Of a stretch of DNA of 64,000 nucleotides, positions 1-13,928 are shown piece after piece. The stretch comes from Utricularia gibba (taxonomy: Eukaryota > Plantae > Magnoliophyta), in assembly GCA_002189035.1 (NCBI GenBank), contig CM007991.1, positions 4,464,001-4,528,000 of the forward strand. Direction: 5' to 3'. The notes below the pieces were generated by a model. It had not been told where the DNA came from. It saw only the letters and a program-made list of their open reading frames with translations, and searched no databases. The translations under genes were made by a program, and so were the position numbers. How positions within the stretch are numbered: the stretch's first letter is position 1; the number at the start of each line of letters is the position of its first letter.

Positions 1-720
1 AATTACATTTAAGCACTAATATTTAATGGCCTATTCAAACCCTTCAGATGTCATTACCCTGAGCCAAGGACTAATTGTTAGGCTTTGATGTAATTACTTG
101 AGATAAGATCTCATAACTAACATGAGTGATGAATTTTTTATTGATCAATCAACTATCTCCAACCTTAAGTAGTCACATCCATTCTCATCCATACTAGGCA
201 AGCCATGGTTAGACTCCCATTAGTAATGAGTGAAAATGCAAGCTTAAGATCACGATAACTTTGTTGATCTCAAATCTAAGCTTACTTATACGGCTGTCAT
301 ATTCGAGATCTTGCTACTGACATTTGGTTAGCTTCTCATAGTAGCATCTCGAAGACGAGTCATTTAATGAATCGATTCTCTAATCGACACCACACATAGG
401 TTCTAGTAATCTCATTACATCAATTATGAGAACCATTGCGTAAACAATTTAGGGAACTCAATGTATGCTAGCTTACCCGTATTTGTGATATACTCATTTC
501 ACAAATACTCTAGTCAGAGAATTTGTAACATGAACATAAATGCTTGAATTTCATATTATGGTCTTATCATAATTTCTAAAGCATATAGATTAAATAGACG
601 ATTTTATTAGGGATATAAATTTGATCACAATTCAAAGTAACTATTAAAAGATAAGATTTTCCAGTAATTTGATTGTCTCTAGAACACATACACCAATATA
701 CTCAACACACATATCATGAA
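1..720. mobile_element. Probable degenerate LTR-retrotransposon remnant (Copia-like LTR sequence)
   Basis: Non-coding sequence with mixed composition resembling long Copia LTRs; no termini or TSD found. Confidence 0.25.
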
Positions 721-1080
721 TATTCTAACTAATTTGAGCTTTAGTGTGAGGATGATCCCATTGTTGGAAAGCTATTATCCTTTTGTTGAGCATCCGCTTC
801 TCATCGATCCCACACTGTAATATAACATCACACTTTAGAGCAAATCGACATTTAATTGAAGTAAAATGCGAAATCAACTCAAACTTAAAAATATGAAATT
901 GATCAGGAGTAATGTTGGGACTTTTCTTTCTAGAGATAGATACAAAGTTAGGTTGTAAGAAACACAAATAAAATAAGCAAATGCATCACTTCAACAAGAG
1001 AAAAAAGTAGTTCCTTTGAAATTCTCCGATGAACCATACAAACATGCATTTTTTTAAGATCTAAAACATATCTTCCAACA

Positions 1081-1134
1081 AGAGTTTTCCATTCAATAAG
1101 AGTTTTCCATTCAATAAGAGTTTTCCATTCAATA
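1081..1134. repeat. Perfect tandem repeat, 18 bp x3 (AGAGTTTTCCATTCAATA)
   Basis: Read directly; explains IEWKTL x3 in the 948-1142 shadow ORF. Confidence 0.95.
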
Positions 1135-1745
1135 GTAAACATGTTTGCTCACCACTTGAATCACACCTATCATTATGTTTTTCTCTAGCATGCTTCAAAA
1201 AGTACTAGTACCTCTATTTTTTTCTATTTATAAACCTTTCTACAATGATTATGAATAGTATATTCCATTTCAGCATTACATATATAATGATCTTTCTAGT
1301 AAATATTACCAACAACCTCTTATCTTAACCGTTTTCTAGAAACATGCAACTCACCAGCCATAGAATCAATATTCTCATTTTTTAAAATATTTATAGAATC
1401 AATAATATTTTCTAAATCAATAGGAGACCCTTCAGATGTATTCGAAGTCATTATTCTAAAGAAAGAAAATAAAATAGAAGAATCCTAACAATGAAAATCT
1501 AGTGATATCATGAAACTAAAATGATGGGTAAAAACCAAATGTCGGTTGACAAAACAAAACTCGATTTCATAGCACTGAACTTTGAGTTGAAGGAAGTCAC
1601 TTGAAGCATTGCAAGAAGAACGTTGAAAGTCATAGAGGAGAAGAGAATGCCGAGGGTTTGTGGAACATGAATGTTAACTAATAAATGTGGGTAAATATAG
1701 GCTTATGCATTATAATTATATTAAAAACTTTTGGCCCATTGATAT

Positions 1746-3055
1746 TGTTGCGTGTAGTTTCCTCAACAAATTTTAAATATTTAAAACATAAAACACCAAA
1801 TAGCGTAATACGGGTATCGATCTCAGGGAGTTGTTTTTCGTGAAAAGTGTTTTGTAAGCAACTTCTACAAAATATCACGGTTTTGTAAAAGGGGGTTTGT
1901 GGAATGCAGAAAGAAAAGTTACAACCTAAGTGATGGGTCTTGACTATGGTACGCAGTTCTTGGGAATAAGATTCCATTTCCTTCCTTTGTCTGTCCTTGC
2001 CTCGGTTTTCACGGATTTCTTCCGAATAGCTGGTTATAGGAGCAAGGAATAGCCTACTCTCCCTTACACTCTGATTGACAAGGAGGCACGTGAATAGCTT
2101 CATGTGATTCCCTCTTGGACGATTAGAAAGATAAGAGGATTGCCTTCGATTGCCTTCAAAACCGAATAGTGCACGTGTGCCCAGCTGCTGCCAATGGCGA
2201 GTGGCAGGTCCGAGGTCACAACCTGTCCACTGTCGCGGTACTTAGGCCACAAACAATCCGCTACTTCCCTCGAACCGGCAGGGTTGGAGTTGGTGCTCTT
2301 CACCTTGATCTTCACCCAAATCCGCGAGAAGTGGCTTGCTACTCATGGACCTTAACTAAGAGTCGTTATAGAAAGACTGCAACAATACGCGTGGAAGTAT
2401 GCAGAATCCGAAATTAATTCAGCGAAGAACCGAGTGTATTGCTCAAGATTTGGAAGGAAACTTCATCTTCTCCTAGAAACTAAAGGTTTTCAGCCACAAA
2501 GGGCTATCAAAAGAGAAACGAAATTGAAAGCTAAGTGTTCTTCCTCCTTGAGGGGAGGAAGAACTCAAAAGTTCCAAGTACAAGAGAGAAAATGGCAAAA
2601 GTCCGAAACTAAGTGCTCCAAGTAGCTTTTATATCACTCCCCACGTGCATTACTTCCTTTGGGTCCCCTTCCCATCATTCCTTCTGTCTTGCGTGCGCCA
2701 GCAGCTTTTCTTTGCGTGAAGTTTGCGCCCAATCATTTCTGCAGACTCTAACATGCCGTAAGTCAGGGGTCATGACTAGTGCCAGTCTTCCGCCCACAAT
2801 TATTCCAAGTTGCGTACAAGTCACGAAAAGTCAGACTCTGACCACCTGCAATACTCCTGCAACACTCCACGACAGTCTCTTGACATGTCTCGGTCAAAGT
2901 GTAAGAAAAAAGGAATAAGATATACACAAAATGGGAAAATAGAAATTTTCTAGTAAAAATCAAATATTTAATAATAAGACTTCTAATTTGGGTGACTTCA
3001 TACATAATTAACACATAATAATACCTAATAATTAACTAGAAAATGACACTTAACA
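1746..3055 (-). mobile_element. Solo LTR, family C (Gypsy/Athila-like), 1310 bp
   Basis: TG...CA termini on the minus strand; perfect 5-bp TSD GATAT (1741-1745 and 3056-3060); homologous along its length to 57544-58854. Confidence 0.9.
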
Positions 3056-4267
3056 GATATTAAAATTGATGAATGTGAATATATTTAATATTTTAAAAAG
3101 ACAATGTGTAGGTTTATACAATAACCTAAATTGAATTGGGTTTATCTAGTTTGAATTATAGGTTGTAATCGTTATGTAATGGTTACTGGTTCGAATTGGG
3201 TCTTATATAGATTGATTGTTTTGTGGGTTAACTCAAACTCATGTGTGTCTCTACCTTCTTATTTGTTGTCTCCATTTATGTAGTTCAAAACCTCTATTCA
3301 TTTTACAACCAAACATATATTAAGATACTTGAAAGAAACTTAAGATTTTCGTATCATGCAAAGAGTAGGAAGAGAACTCAATTTTGTTTGCAATGAAAAG
3401 AAAAATCTTAAAAATGTCAAATAGTTGATTTTTCTTCTATAATGCTACTCCTAGATGAGAGCAAATGATGAAACTGGGTTGCATTCCTCTTTGGTTAAAG
3501 TTCCTCTATTTTCTAGAATTTGGTTTGTCTATTTCTCCCTTATAGGAGTCTAGTTCAATGTATCTCTCTTATTCATCTTTTTAAACTTCTTTTGAGATGT
3601 GTGTAAAATATATCCATTTTATTTTTCTTCTTTTTCCTCTTTTACAATTGTGTGTGCCTTATTTTCACATTTTCATCTTCCTTCTGCAGCTACGCTTCTA
3701 TGAATCAAATTCACATAGGGTGTAGAACATGAATGCAACACCAAACAATCATATGCTCATGGATAACCTCCTGTGGACGCCAGGTACCAAAAGGTTCACA
3801 ATCGTGGTTTTGGATGGTCTTTGCTACATTAACCAAATTCATAATTTTCATTCATATACACTAAGCAAGCATCAAAATGCAACACGCTTTGTGACAAGTG
3901 AAGCTTTCACCTTTGTTTGCATTGGTGGATCGACATGATTGTGGCTTCTTCATGGGTTCTAGAACTTGGAATTTTTTTCATCAAGAATGTAGTGTAACTC
4001 ACATCATATGCTTTTTCTATAATTCTTCGAGTTAAAAATATGTGATTCTTAAGGTACATAAGCTCGGTTGTTCAAATTTTGCAGAAAATGAGATGAAATA
4101 GTGTCCCTTTCCAATTAATTTGGTAGGTTAGGAGTAGTACATTATGAGGACGTGGCATGAATGGTGCGGTTGATTTCCACCCCTAAGTACGTCTGATCAG
4201 TTTTTAACCAAGATGAATAGAAGTCATAGATGGCTATATTACACTCTACATGTCTTTCTCATTTCTC

Positions 4268-4391
4268 GTTGATTGGTGAATAGGGCTGCAAATGAGCGAC
4301 TTGCAGTGGGTAAGAGGAATAGTAGCTGTCACTAATTTGAAGAGCTTACCCAATGTAAGTCTCTCATTTGCTGCCCCATTCGCCAATCAAC
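4268..4391. ncRNA. Pre-miRNA-like hairpin (47-bp stem, 30-nt loop), unassigned
   Basis: Arms 4268-4314 and 4345-4391 pair with 4 mismatches and 2 G:U on the + strand; TATATATA-like box at about 4433-4440; no match to miRNA families I recognise. Confidence 0.5.
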
Positions 4392-5689
4392 ATTGAACCC
4401 TATGAATCCTTTTCAAGTGGGGGATAGAAAGATATATATACAAAGAGTGAGTGAGCTGTCAGGTAGTGTGCTATGGTAAAGTATTAACATGCCAGGCCCC
4501 TTAATATTTGTCTAACTTTGTAATTTTTTAGTTACTTGGTGTCTCTGATTTTTTTTAGGGGGTACCAATGAAGTTCTCCTTATCCTCATCAACTCATTTG
4601 AACTTGGAAGAAACTACATGAGATATCATATCTATAGGCTCATTGGATTAAACTTCATTTGGAGCATGATTATTGCATCTTCTTGTGTGCATAATGTTAG
4701 ATTTAGTGGCACTACATCTATTAAAGATCAATAGCTCTTCAATGATATTAACGTCATGTGTCATGTCCTACCAATATCGTGTTCAAAAGCAAAAATTTTA
4801 CAAGTTATCACAAATTCCATTTGGTCCAAAATCAATATTATCCAATGAGGCATATTTTCCTTAGTTGATTACTACTATCTGTTTCTTATGGTTTATGGCG
4901 ATAGACAAAAAGTACGATAACAACTAATTTAAGAAGTCAACAACCCAGAAAATAAATAAAATTTCTACACAAATATGTAATACTCATCTTCCTTAAAAAA
5001 TTATTATATAAGAATACAATATACACTTCAAATGGGATCAATCTTTGCCATTAATTAACTTGAATGCAAAAGGCTTCAATTGATTGCATGGACTTATTCA
5101 AAAGGGTCATTTTTTTTATATAAGAATACAATAAAGTTTCCTTTAAGAGTAAATATCAAATCTCGATTAAAAATAACTAAATGCTCTATAGCAATTCAAA
5201 GCTCAATAGAGATATGAAAACCAACATGACAGTGACCAACAAAACAAGATTAAGATTACAACAATAACAAAACAAAGGCCATTCATTTGATTGAGTGCTT
5301 AAGGCCAATTAACCAAGATAATTCAGAAATCCAAATCCATCCAAAGCTCAACTGGAAGAAGCTAATGACCCATATGAATGATAGCTAGGGAAAAATGTGA
5401 AACAAAGGCAATACTTTAGTAATGCCCACATCAACCAGCCTTTACTAGTAGAAAACAAATTATGATAGTTATCCTTGCACCTAGCAAAAGAGAAAACTCA
5501 ACAAAAGAAGTTTCACTACTTGTGTTGTTAAAAGCACTCTCCTCATGCTTGACGTTCAGATTTTCACCTCGAGTCTCAGACTATTCATGAAGTTGGCCTC
5601 TAACTTCGAGGCTTACAAATAAACTAGCATATTGGTTGTTGGGTATGCACGATTCCCTTAGAGTGCAGAAGAACTCACATCTGAGTTTA

Positions 5690-6295
5690 GCATGGATGGA
5701 AAATGTGGATATATATGACAAATATTCAGGATATCCAAACACTCGAGGTGGGCAGCAAGGCAAACCTTGTATCCATTAGAGTTAATCCACATAAGTGTCT
5801 AGATAGGATCAATTTTCTTATTTGCAAGCTTGTGGTATTTATTGGTCAGGTATCGAGCTTTGGTGATCACCACCTATATCGTGTCATATATCATGAACTC
5901 AAAATGTTGCTTACATGAATTAGCTCAACTCTTGCACTTCTCATTTGTGACAGTTAGCTAAGAGACCACCTATTTATGAATCTGCTCGAGGAACTGAAAA
6001 AATCCTCAGCCTTGCAATGTAAGCATGATGGGTTAGGATTATCAATGAGATCTAATCACCCTCAAGGTGTAAAAGAATAAATAACTTTGTAAGAGCTAAA
6101 ACCTATGCTCCTATCCTTAGAATGAGTATGGGTAAAATTTGTTTGACTAATTAAGATATCCGAAGCCGTGTGATCTTTATTAACTAAGCAGAAATGTAAA
6201 TTATTAAGATAACGATTCACGACTTTTTTTCTATTCATCTTTGAATGATAAATAGAAAAGTATAGCTCCTGCAACCTTCCATAAAGTGCACCAAA
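5690..6295 (-). pseudogene. Ty3/Gypsy integrase C-terminal remnant
   Basis: Degenerate translation VVNRYLNNLHFCLV...SQTNFTHTHSKDRSIGFSSYKVIY and KYHKLANKKIDPI...INSNGYKV matches Gypsy integrase motifs (VVNRSLGNLLR, AEFAHN, RSTGFSPF, YNKL..RKIGP..INxNAY); several stops. Confidence 0.75.
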
Positions 6296-6469
6296 AGCCC
6301 CTATAATGTAGGTATTATGATTCGGGATGGTTGAGAGGTGTAAATTGTGAAGTGGCCATGCATTTGCGGGATAAGAAGTGAGATATTTTAGAGAATCAAT
6401 CTAATTAAGAAGTGAATATGCATATGTCGATCTTTTAATCGATCCAATGATCAAGATAGAGTCTGATCT

Positions 6470-7690
6470 TTAAGTATTGATCTATATATTTTAACGCGTA
6501 TTTTTAGGAGTTAATTTAGGATTAAGTTGAGCAATTAAAAACAATATAAGTACTAGTAGATTTTTATTAGAAAATATTATTATTTTGTTATTATGTAATT
6601 TTGCATTGTATTTTCATGTATTATTATCTAAAAATCGAGAAATCAATAATTGAGTATGGTAAATAGTTTCTTACAAAAAGGACACTTAAAATTAACATTG
6701 AAGCATGATAGAATTATGGTAGATGTAACATTGATGCTGTTCATAACTGATACCTTATGATTATGGTAATTGATTGCATGAATAGAGAAGAATAAAAATA
6801 CAAGAAATGAGAATTAAATGCACTTCTCTAGAGGAATTAAAAGGAACTTTGAATTGACAATGTTTATCTTTTTCCAGACTTGAATTTTGATTGTAGCTTT
6901 TTCTTCTCCTATCCACCCATGGACATAAAGAAGACCTTTGTTTTCTATTTGCACTTTTATTTCATCGTGGTCATTCATGACTAGACGTTTTTCGTTTTGA
7001 GGAATCGAGTAAGTTTATTTCAATGTCTTGAGCTATTAATCTCGGTTTTTCATTGAATTTATTTTGGATTTTGTGTATTTTTCCTATATATGCATTAGAG
7101 TTTTTTGTAAATACTCTTACTCATGGTTCATAAGGAATTGGCCAATACTCATGGATTTTGATGTAGTAAGATGAAGAGCATCACCTCCTATCCTTTAGTT
7201 CAAAGGAGATAGTGAATTATATATGATCGAGAAATTTTTTTAATGGACATAGAGTGATTTTGTACCGGAGCCATTCATAATTGGAAAGAATCAACACATG
7301 TGTAAAATTGAATTTTTAGGACAATTGATAACAATCTATTGTCCTCTTAATCGTCCAAGAGAAGATAACATGAGGCTATTTCCGTGTCTCCTTATTCCTA
7401 TAATTGATCATTTAAGTTTTAATTTCTATTTCCATATCTTAAACTTCTTTTACAAACTTTGTGGTAGATTAAAATAGGTTACCAAATAACATCTTTCGTA
7501 AAAGCCCAACTTCTTGATTGATAGTCGTACTAGTTTAATTGTGTTTTACATTTTTTCTATTTAAAAATTATTTGAAGAAATGACATACAACATTGACTCC
7601 TATGAGAGAGGCAACCTAGGCATAAAGTCCATACTAACGTTGATCCATGATTTTTGAGGAATGGATAGAGCCTATAGATTGGTATTACAA
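6470..7690 (+). mobile_element. Degenerate LTR related to family C
   Basis: Shares blocks with family C (ttaatcgtccaag...catgaggctatt; gatttttattagaaaat); followed by PBS-like tggtgctc; boundaries approximate. Confidence 0.4.
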
Positions 7691-7899
7691 GTGGTGCTCT
7701 TACCACGTTGATACATTGTCTACATTTGTAGCCAAAAATAAGATTTTTGGATTAAAAATAAAGTTCAGTCATGACCAACGTGATCCATGTAGTGAGGGTC
7801 TTAGTTCAACTATGAACAATGGTTAGACTTTGGGATGCAAACTCAAACTCGCTTAAACGTGAATCCATCCACCCAATTAGATTTTGGGGTTTCACTTGC

Positions 7900-8500
7900 T
7901 ATTGCAGCAACAAAGGTTTCTGAGATCTAGAAGCGATTATTCAGATAGTAAAAGTAGGTGAACCTTCTGGAGCAAAATGAAGAAGTTCACGGCTCTCAAC
8001 TTCAGAGCACATCGGCCTGCAATAAAGCTTAAGTGAGTTGCAGTGCAGCTAGAAGAGGAAAACGAGACAGCAGAGGAACTCAATGTGCAGCCACAAGTCT
8101 TAACTAAGAAGGAGCAATGAAAAATCGGGAAGAAAGCACAAAGCATTACACTGGTGGAACATGTTCCTAAAGAAGAAGTTGTCATACTAAAGGAACAAAC
8201 ACTGCCAACAATAGAAGAAAATGCTGGAAATTCCAAAGGTGATGTAGAAGCATTAGAAGAAGAACCAAACATAAGAAATGAAGCTGTTGAAGAAGAAAAT
8301 AGAGATGAGAATGAAGAAAATCGACATATAGAAACTGAACATGCAGAGGATGCAGAAAGGGAGCAATTCTTCGGAAGCACCACCAAAAGAGGAAAATGTA
8401 GATACAATGAAAAGAAAGAAATTTTCACCAAATTTGGTTCCTTTGTATGAGAGTATAGGAAAATTTGTACTATGAAAGGAAAGATTCAAAGACAAATAGA
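7900..8500 (+). pseudogene. Glu-rich ORF remnant, probably LTR-retrotransposon internal region
   Basis: 98-aa E-rich ORF at 8154-8450 inside a longer stop-interrupted frame downstream of the LTR; no firm domain. Confidence 0.3.
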
Positions 8501-8749
8501 ATGGAAGTCTAAGTCTAAGCCCATGGACCAACCAGGCCTGACCCTAAAAAATATCGATTTTTGGTCTATATGTTGATCACCTGAAATTTTATCATGCTTT
8601 CTGGTATGAAGCCCTTTTGGCCAATTTAGCTTAGGGCCTAAAAGCCTAAAGGGCCTATGAGCCAACTTGAGAATAAGGTTTTAGGATATTATAGAAAATT
8701 TAATCATAACTTCATTTATTATTGAAGAATACTCAACTCCAAGTCAGCA

Positions 8750-10900
8750 ACCCCAACAAAGAAAATTTATTTGGTACAATTTTTTGGATGCATATTGAAT
8801 GTACTTATTTTATGATTCTAATTTTGATATCATATTCATTTTTTATATGATTCTCGTGTCATTTGAAGCCATTGGTCATGGGTGATATTTTTCTCAAACC
8901 AGCTACTTTGAGGATATCAAATGACTTTCAACATTCGAACAATTCGAAAAAAAAATTTTTTAGATTTGTTATAGTTTTTTATGTTTATTATTTTATAATC
9001 TTCAACTTTCATATTAGTTGATTATTTTTTATATGTTTATTTATATTTGTTAGTATGGATTTGAAGAACATAGTTGCGATTTGCAAATATCATCTTCACA
9101 ATTTAGAAGACACCAGTGATACTATTTCATTATCTAAGAAGCCCAAGTTTGAAGTATTGCATATTTTGCAAAGATTAGAAAAGTTAATATTACAGAAATG
9201 TGCAAGTTCACTATTGAGGTGTGCAAAATTTCATGATGTAAGTTCTTTACTTAGTGGTCAAATACTTTGGTTCGAAAAGTGAAATTTGATCATCATGATT
9301 TTCAAGATCCAGTATCAAGAACAATAATTATGCATGATCTTCTATTTGCTTATGTTGAATATTAAGGAGCTAATGTGTCAAATAGAGTTCTTAGTCCTTA
9401 TTTTAGATTTATTAGCAAAATAACTAAAATAGCTGATTGTATGAAAATCTATGCTAATGAGAATGAATGATTGAAATATTTCTTGAACTCTATTTCTAGA
9501 AGAATTTTGTTGACATCAGATACTTGGATAGTTGTTACTGAAAACGAATATATGATTGTCACTGCTCATTATATTGATGAAAATGAATATATGATTGTTA
9601 CTAAATTCATTGCATTTGTGGAACTGGATAGTCCCCATGTTGGAGATTTATTAGTAGACAAACTATATGGAGTATTGAGAAATTGGCGAATAGATTCAGA
9701 AATCTTTTTGATGAGAATGGATAATGAAAAATGGGATGTATGATGGTGATTTTTTTTTCATATAAGATGTTGTGCTCATATCTTGAATTTGACTATTCAC
9801 TAAGAATTGAAAGTTATAGATATTGCTTTACAAAAATTAGATATTTTGTTAAATATATTAGATCTTCGTAGGGAAGAACGAAAGAATTTGAAAATCATAT
9901 CTTGGATGAATACATGGAAGATGGTGGAGGTTTCTTAAATTTAGATGTATCTACTATATGTAATTCTACTTATGTAATATTACAAATTGCTTTAAAATAT
10001 TGCCTTGTAATCACTGCATTATGTTATAGTACTGATAATTCTCTTGTTAGTCTAAACAAAAGATGAATGCGAGAAGAGCAATAAAGATCTGTGATTTATT
10101 GGGACCATTTTATGAGATTACGAATTTGATATCAGTATCATAATATCCAACTTACAACTTGTATTTTATACAAGTTACAATGATTGAATTGAAATTTAAA
10201 TAACTTTCAAATTGAAAATATAAAGTGATAAAAACAATAGTATTAGGAATGAAAGAGAAATTTGATTAGAATACAAAGTTAGAATTTTTGAGATCTTGTT
10301 ATGAAAAATTTGATTCTTATACTTATGAAGAGACAAAGAATAGAATTAAAATATATTTGAGAAGATTATTTCATGCTTATGAATAAATGTGGATATCACT
10401 TGACCAATCTACTGTAAATATGTTGAAAGATTCCATTTCACATGCACAAGAATGCTCAAAGTCGAAAGGATCAAATACATCTTCTTCTAAGTTATATCTC
10501 ACAGTAGGTTTCATTTTTTATGTTGGTATATTTAATTTAATCTTATATTTGATATAATATCTATACATTTTTCTTTGTATAATTATAGGATTGTTACAAA
10601 GAAATGACACAAGAGTTTTCAAGGATAAATGCAAAATTGATGTATATTTGAATATGAAGAATGGTGATGATAATTCTGATTTGAACGTTTTAGATTATTA
10701 GCAGAAGAAACATTATCATTTTCTTGAATTAGTAGTAACGTCGAAAGACAATTTGAACATTTCAGTAACTACAATTGCTTCAAATTTTAGTTTTATCATT
10801 GGAGATCCTATTTTGAGTAAGTATAAGAATAGATTACTTCTAAATACAATGCAATTTCTTATATGTACACGTAATTGGTTACATGGATTTAATAGATTCA
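8750..10900 (+). pseudogene. hAT (Ac-like) transposase remnant
   Basis: Motifs RILLTSDTW...VTAHYID, FFHIRCCAHILNL, DVST.CNSTY, and hATC dimerisation region (VTTIASNFSF...QFLICTRNWLHG); many stops and frameshifts. Confidence 0.85.
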
Positions 10901-11129
10901 AAACTTCCATTAATAAATTATAAGTAATATTTATTTTATTATTAATTCTAATTTTTGTAGTGATTTTAATGATATGGTTGTTTGATAAAACGAATCGCTA
11001 CTTGGTTGTTGTTCAGAATAGGAAGTAGATTCCCATGAATTTGCCGTATCTCTATTTGATTATCCTGATGAATTCGATGTTGAAGAATTTTATGCAATTT
11101 TTACTAATAAACATGTTATATAATTAATG

Positions 11130-11400
11130 CAAAAGGGAGAAAGACTGAGTTATTTGTTGATCTTGTCATGAGATATATTCACGTTTTGATTACTAGATCT
11201 CTAATTGGAAGGACTATAGAATTTAATTATCTTAATCAATGTGAATTATTTGTGATGTGGTGTATCGTGGATAAACTTTCCCTAAGCTTAAGAGCCATGC
11301 TAGGTGAACAAATGAATCAAGATTATTGATGGACAATTATTCATCATTTGAGTTTTGGTCATATTATCACGCATCTAGTTCACACCCTATGCCCTGAAAA
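11130..11400 (+). pseudogene. Athila/Ogre-type accessory ORF remnant
   Basis: MRYIHVLITRSLIGR...CELFVMWCIV...FGHIITHL resembles the putative plant transposon protein of Gypsy elements. Confidence 0.4.
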
Positions 11401-11734
11401 AATGTCTGAGTTAGGAATTTTCCATGTTAAAGAATAAGATAGTAACTTTGGAAGTGTATTTCTTGAAGGTTTCCATACTAATCAAAGCCTAAGGAAGTGG
11501 ATTTTTTTTAGATCTTAGGCAAGTTTGTGTGGAAATCCTACCCCAAGGAAAAGGAACTCGAATACCCTTTCACCTTTGACATCGAAACAAAACAGTGAAA
11601 ATGTTTCTACCCCGAAATAATCAAAAAGATGAGTGACAAGGTGTTCAATTTACTTCGTGAGATAAGAGAACTGAAATTGTGAGTGACTAACTCCTCTCTA
11701 AACAAGTAATTTACTGCTATGTTTCTTTAATGCT

Positions 11735-12862
11735 TGATAACACAGTTTTTATTATATTTTTATATGTTTTTAGATGGGTTTTATATGATAAAACATTATT
11801 TCGTATGGTTAAATGTTTCCTTCTATGCATTTAGTTTTCAAAAATGTGTTTATTGCGAAAATAGTTCAATTGGCAACAATTGAGCTGAAAACTAGAATGT
11901 TTCTTTTTTAGTCTATAATTAAGTCTTAGCATGATAAGAGTTAATACTGGCAATACACGTTTTTCATTGTCAAGACAAAATGGACAAAAACGCTGATGAA
12001 AAGTTACTTTTCATCGAAAGTAGCCACCTTTTGAAAAAATAAGATATGGAGTAGAGGCTCTCTTTCTAGAAAACTAAGGAGAAGACGTAGATGCCCTTCC
12101 TTTGAGAAGTAATAGAAAAGAAGAAGGAGGAGAGAGAAGAAAACAAGAGGGAGGAGCATGAAGCAAGGAGAATGGTGGTTCTCCGGCAAACACCTCCGGC
12201 CAACTTTCAAATCCACGTCTCTAGACCAAATTTCTTTCTAGAACTTTCAGATTCAGCAGATCTACAAGTTACAGCAGCCACTTAATTTATTTTCATTTTC
12301 AGGTTTTCTATTTCCGACTTTGAACGTGTTCCTATATTTCTTGTATTTTCCATGCTTTCCTTGTGATTGTGGTGCTTAGTTGTGAACGAAAAACCTCCTG
12401 TAGACGCTATTTTAGCTTTTAAACTTGTTTATGTTTGAGTTCTTCAATCTTTAGTTCTTGAGTTTAACATGACTCCCGCAACCCTTTACTCTATTTTTGA
12501 GTGTTAGAGAACTTGGTTTAAGCTTAAAGACTATCTTGAATGATACAAGAGCCTGATCTTTGTGTAAAACCAAATCAAATAATCTCTACTTTATGTTCCG
12601 TTATTTTCTATGTTCATTCACCCCTATAACTTGTTCATTTTAATTAATGTTATTTTATGTACTACACACATAAGACCTAAACTCCTGAAAACACCCCTAT
12701 TTTCAGTAAATGTAAAGGACTTCGAGAAACCTCAATCATTTCTTGTGGATTTAACCCTTGTTTGCTATGCTACATTAATTTCTACGATTTATATAAAAAA
12801 TAACTAGGTTTATAAATTTCTTTTGGTGCGTTGAATATGCTAAATCGCAACGTTTAGCAACA
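11735..12862 (+). mobile_element. Degenerate Athila-like LTR
   Basis: Starts TGATAACACAG (compare family A TGATAACACAC), ends GCAACA followed by agtttt; no TSD. Confidence 0.45.
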
Positions 12863-13928
12863 AGTTTTAACATTCATCAGTGTTGTTTAGTCTTTATTTT
12901 TAGGATTTCGTTAATCTATATGTAGTTTAATATCTGTTAGTTCATGTGAGGAGTTAATTACGTATTTTCTGTCCATTTTATTTAGTGTTAGTGAACTGCA
13001 TCAATGAACTATATGATTGAGCATTAAAACTTCAAGATGATTGAGATGCATAAGCTTTCTATGAGAGCATGTCTTTACCCTTTTTTTTTTATGAGAGCAT
13101 ATGCATGATTAGAGGAACTTATGGAATGGGATCTAGATTAGTTTTTCATGAGTTGTTAGACTTCATAACTGTTATGGGTTTGGTTTCCAATTAAAAAAAT
13201 GAGAGGAATGAATAAAGGGTCAAAAAGAGTATCATCGTAAAAAAGCAATAGACCTAAGTCCTAAAAACCAGCACATAATTAAAAAGTATGTACGAATTCA
13301 CTAAGAGGTGAAAGAGTGAGTGAGGGCAGATTAATCTAGAGGATTAGGAGGAGTCCTGGTATTATAAGGTGAGAGTGCTTGATCAACACTCTTCAATAGA
13401 GAAGAGGCCATGCCCAGAAATCCGTACAGGTTTGAAACAAGCTGCTCCTTCGCTTTCTTGTACATATAAAAAAAATAAAGAATAAAGAGAAGAGAGAAAG
13501 GGAGCTAGAAAATGAGTTGGCAACCATACTCCTCTATGGTTTTGAATGAATCAACTTGGTAAAATGATTTTCGAAAGCACTCCTCAAGAGGAATCTATTC
13601 ACACATATTTGAGTTATAACATGAAATGCACACCAACACTTCTGTAGCTCATACATCCAAAATTATATCTCAGGTGTCAATCTTCACCATCATCGCTTTG
13701 AAATTCAGGTTTCTATTAATATTAGTTTGAACTTCTCACTTGAAGGAAGCCTTCATATTAGTGCTACTGTTCCGACACCCAATGAGTAGTTGACGGAAAA
13801 AACTTAACTTTTATTTAGCTATCTGCTTGTCAAATATTCAAAATTGCTACTTGTTTGGGATTGTGACTATGAAATTGTTCTTAGTTTTTATTTATGAAGT
13901 GAAGATTACACTTTTCAATATGATTGGC

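Noticed and set aside
1678-2103. 141-aa ORF repeated at 58497-58874 as an apparently conserved protein
   Set aside because: Both lie inside family C solo LTRs; the similarity is nucleotide-level and the frames are broken differently.
3720-3940. Possible pseudo-exon on the minus strand (KTIQNHDCEPFGTWRPQE)
   Set aside because: Splice-like ends but no recognisable family or neighbouring exons.
4358-4382. Assignment of the hairpin to miR482/2118
   Set aside because: Its complement does not encode the GMGGxGKT P-loop; only the CCCATTC end is similar.
13060-13100. 11-bp direct repeat flanking a T10 tract (possible TPRT insertion)
   Set aside because: Neither orientation gives insert-poly(A)-TSD; better explained as a local duplication.
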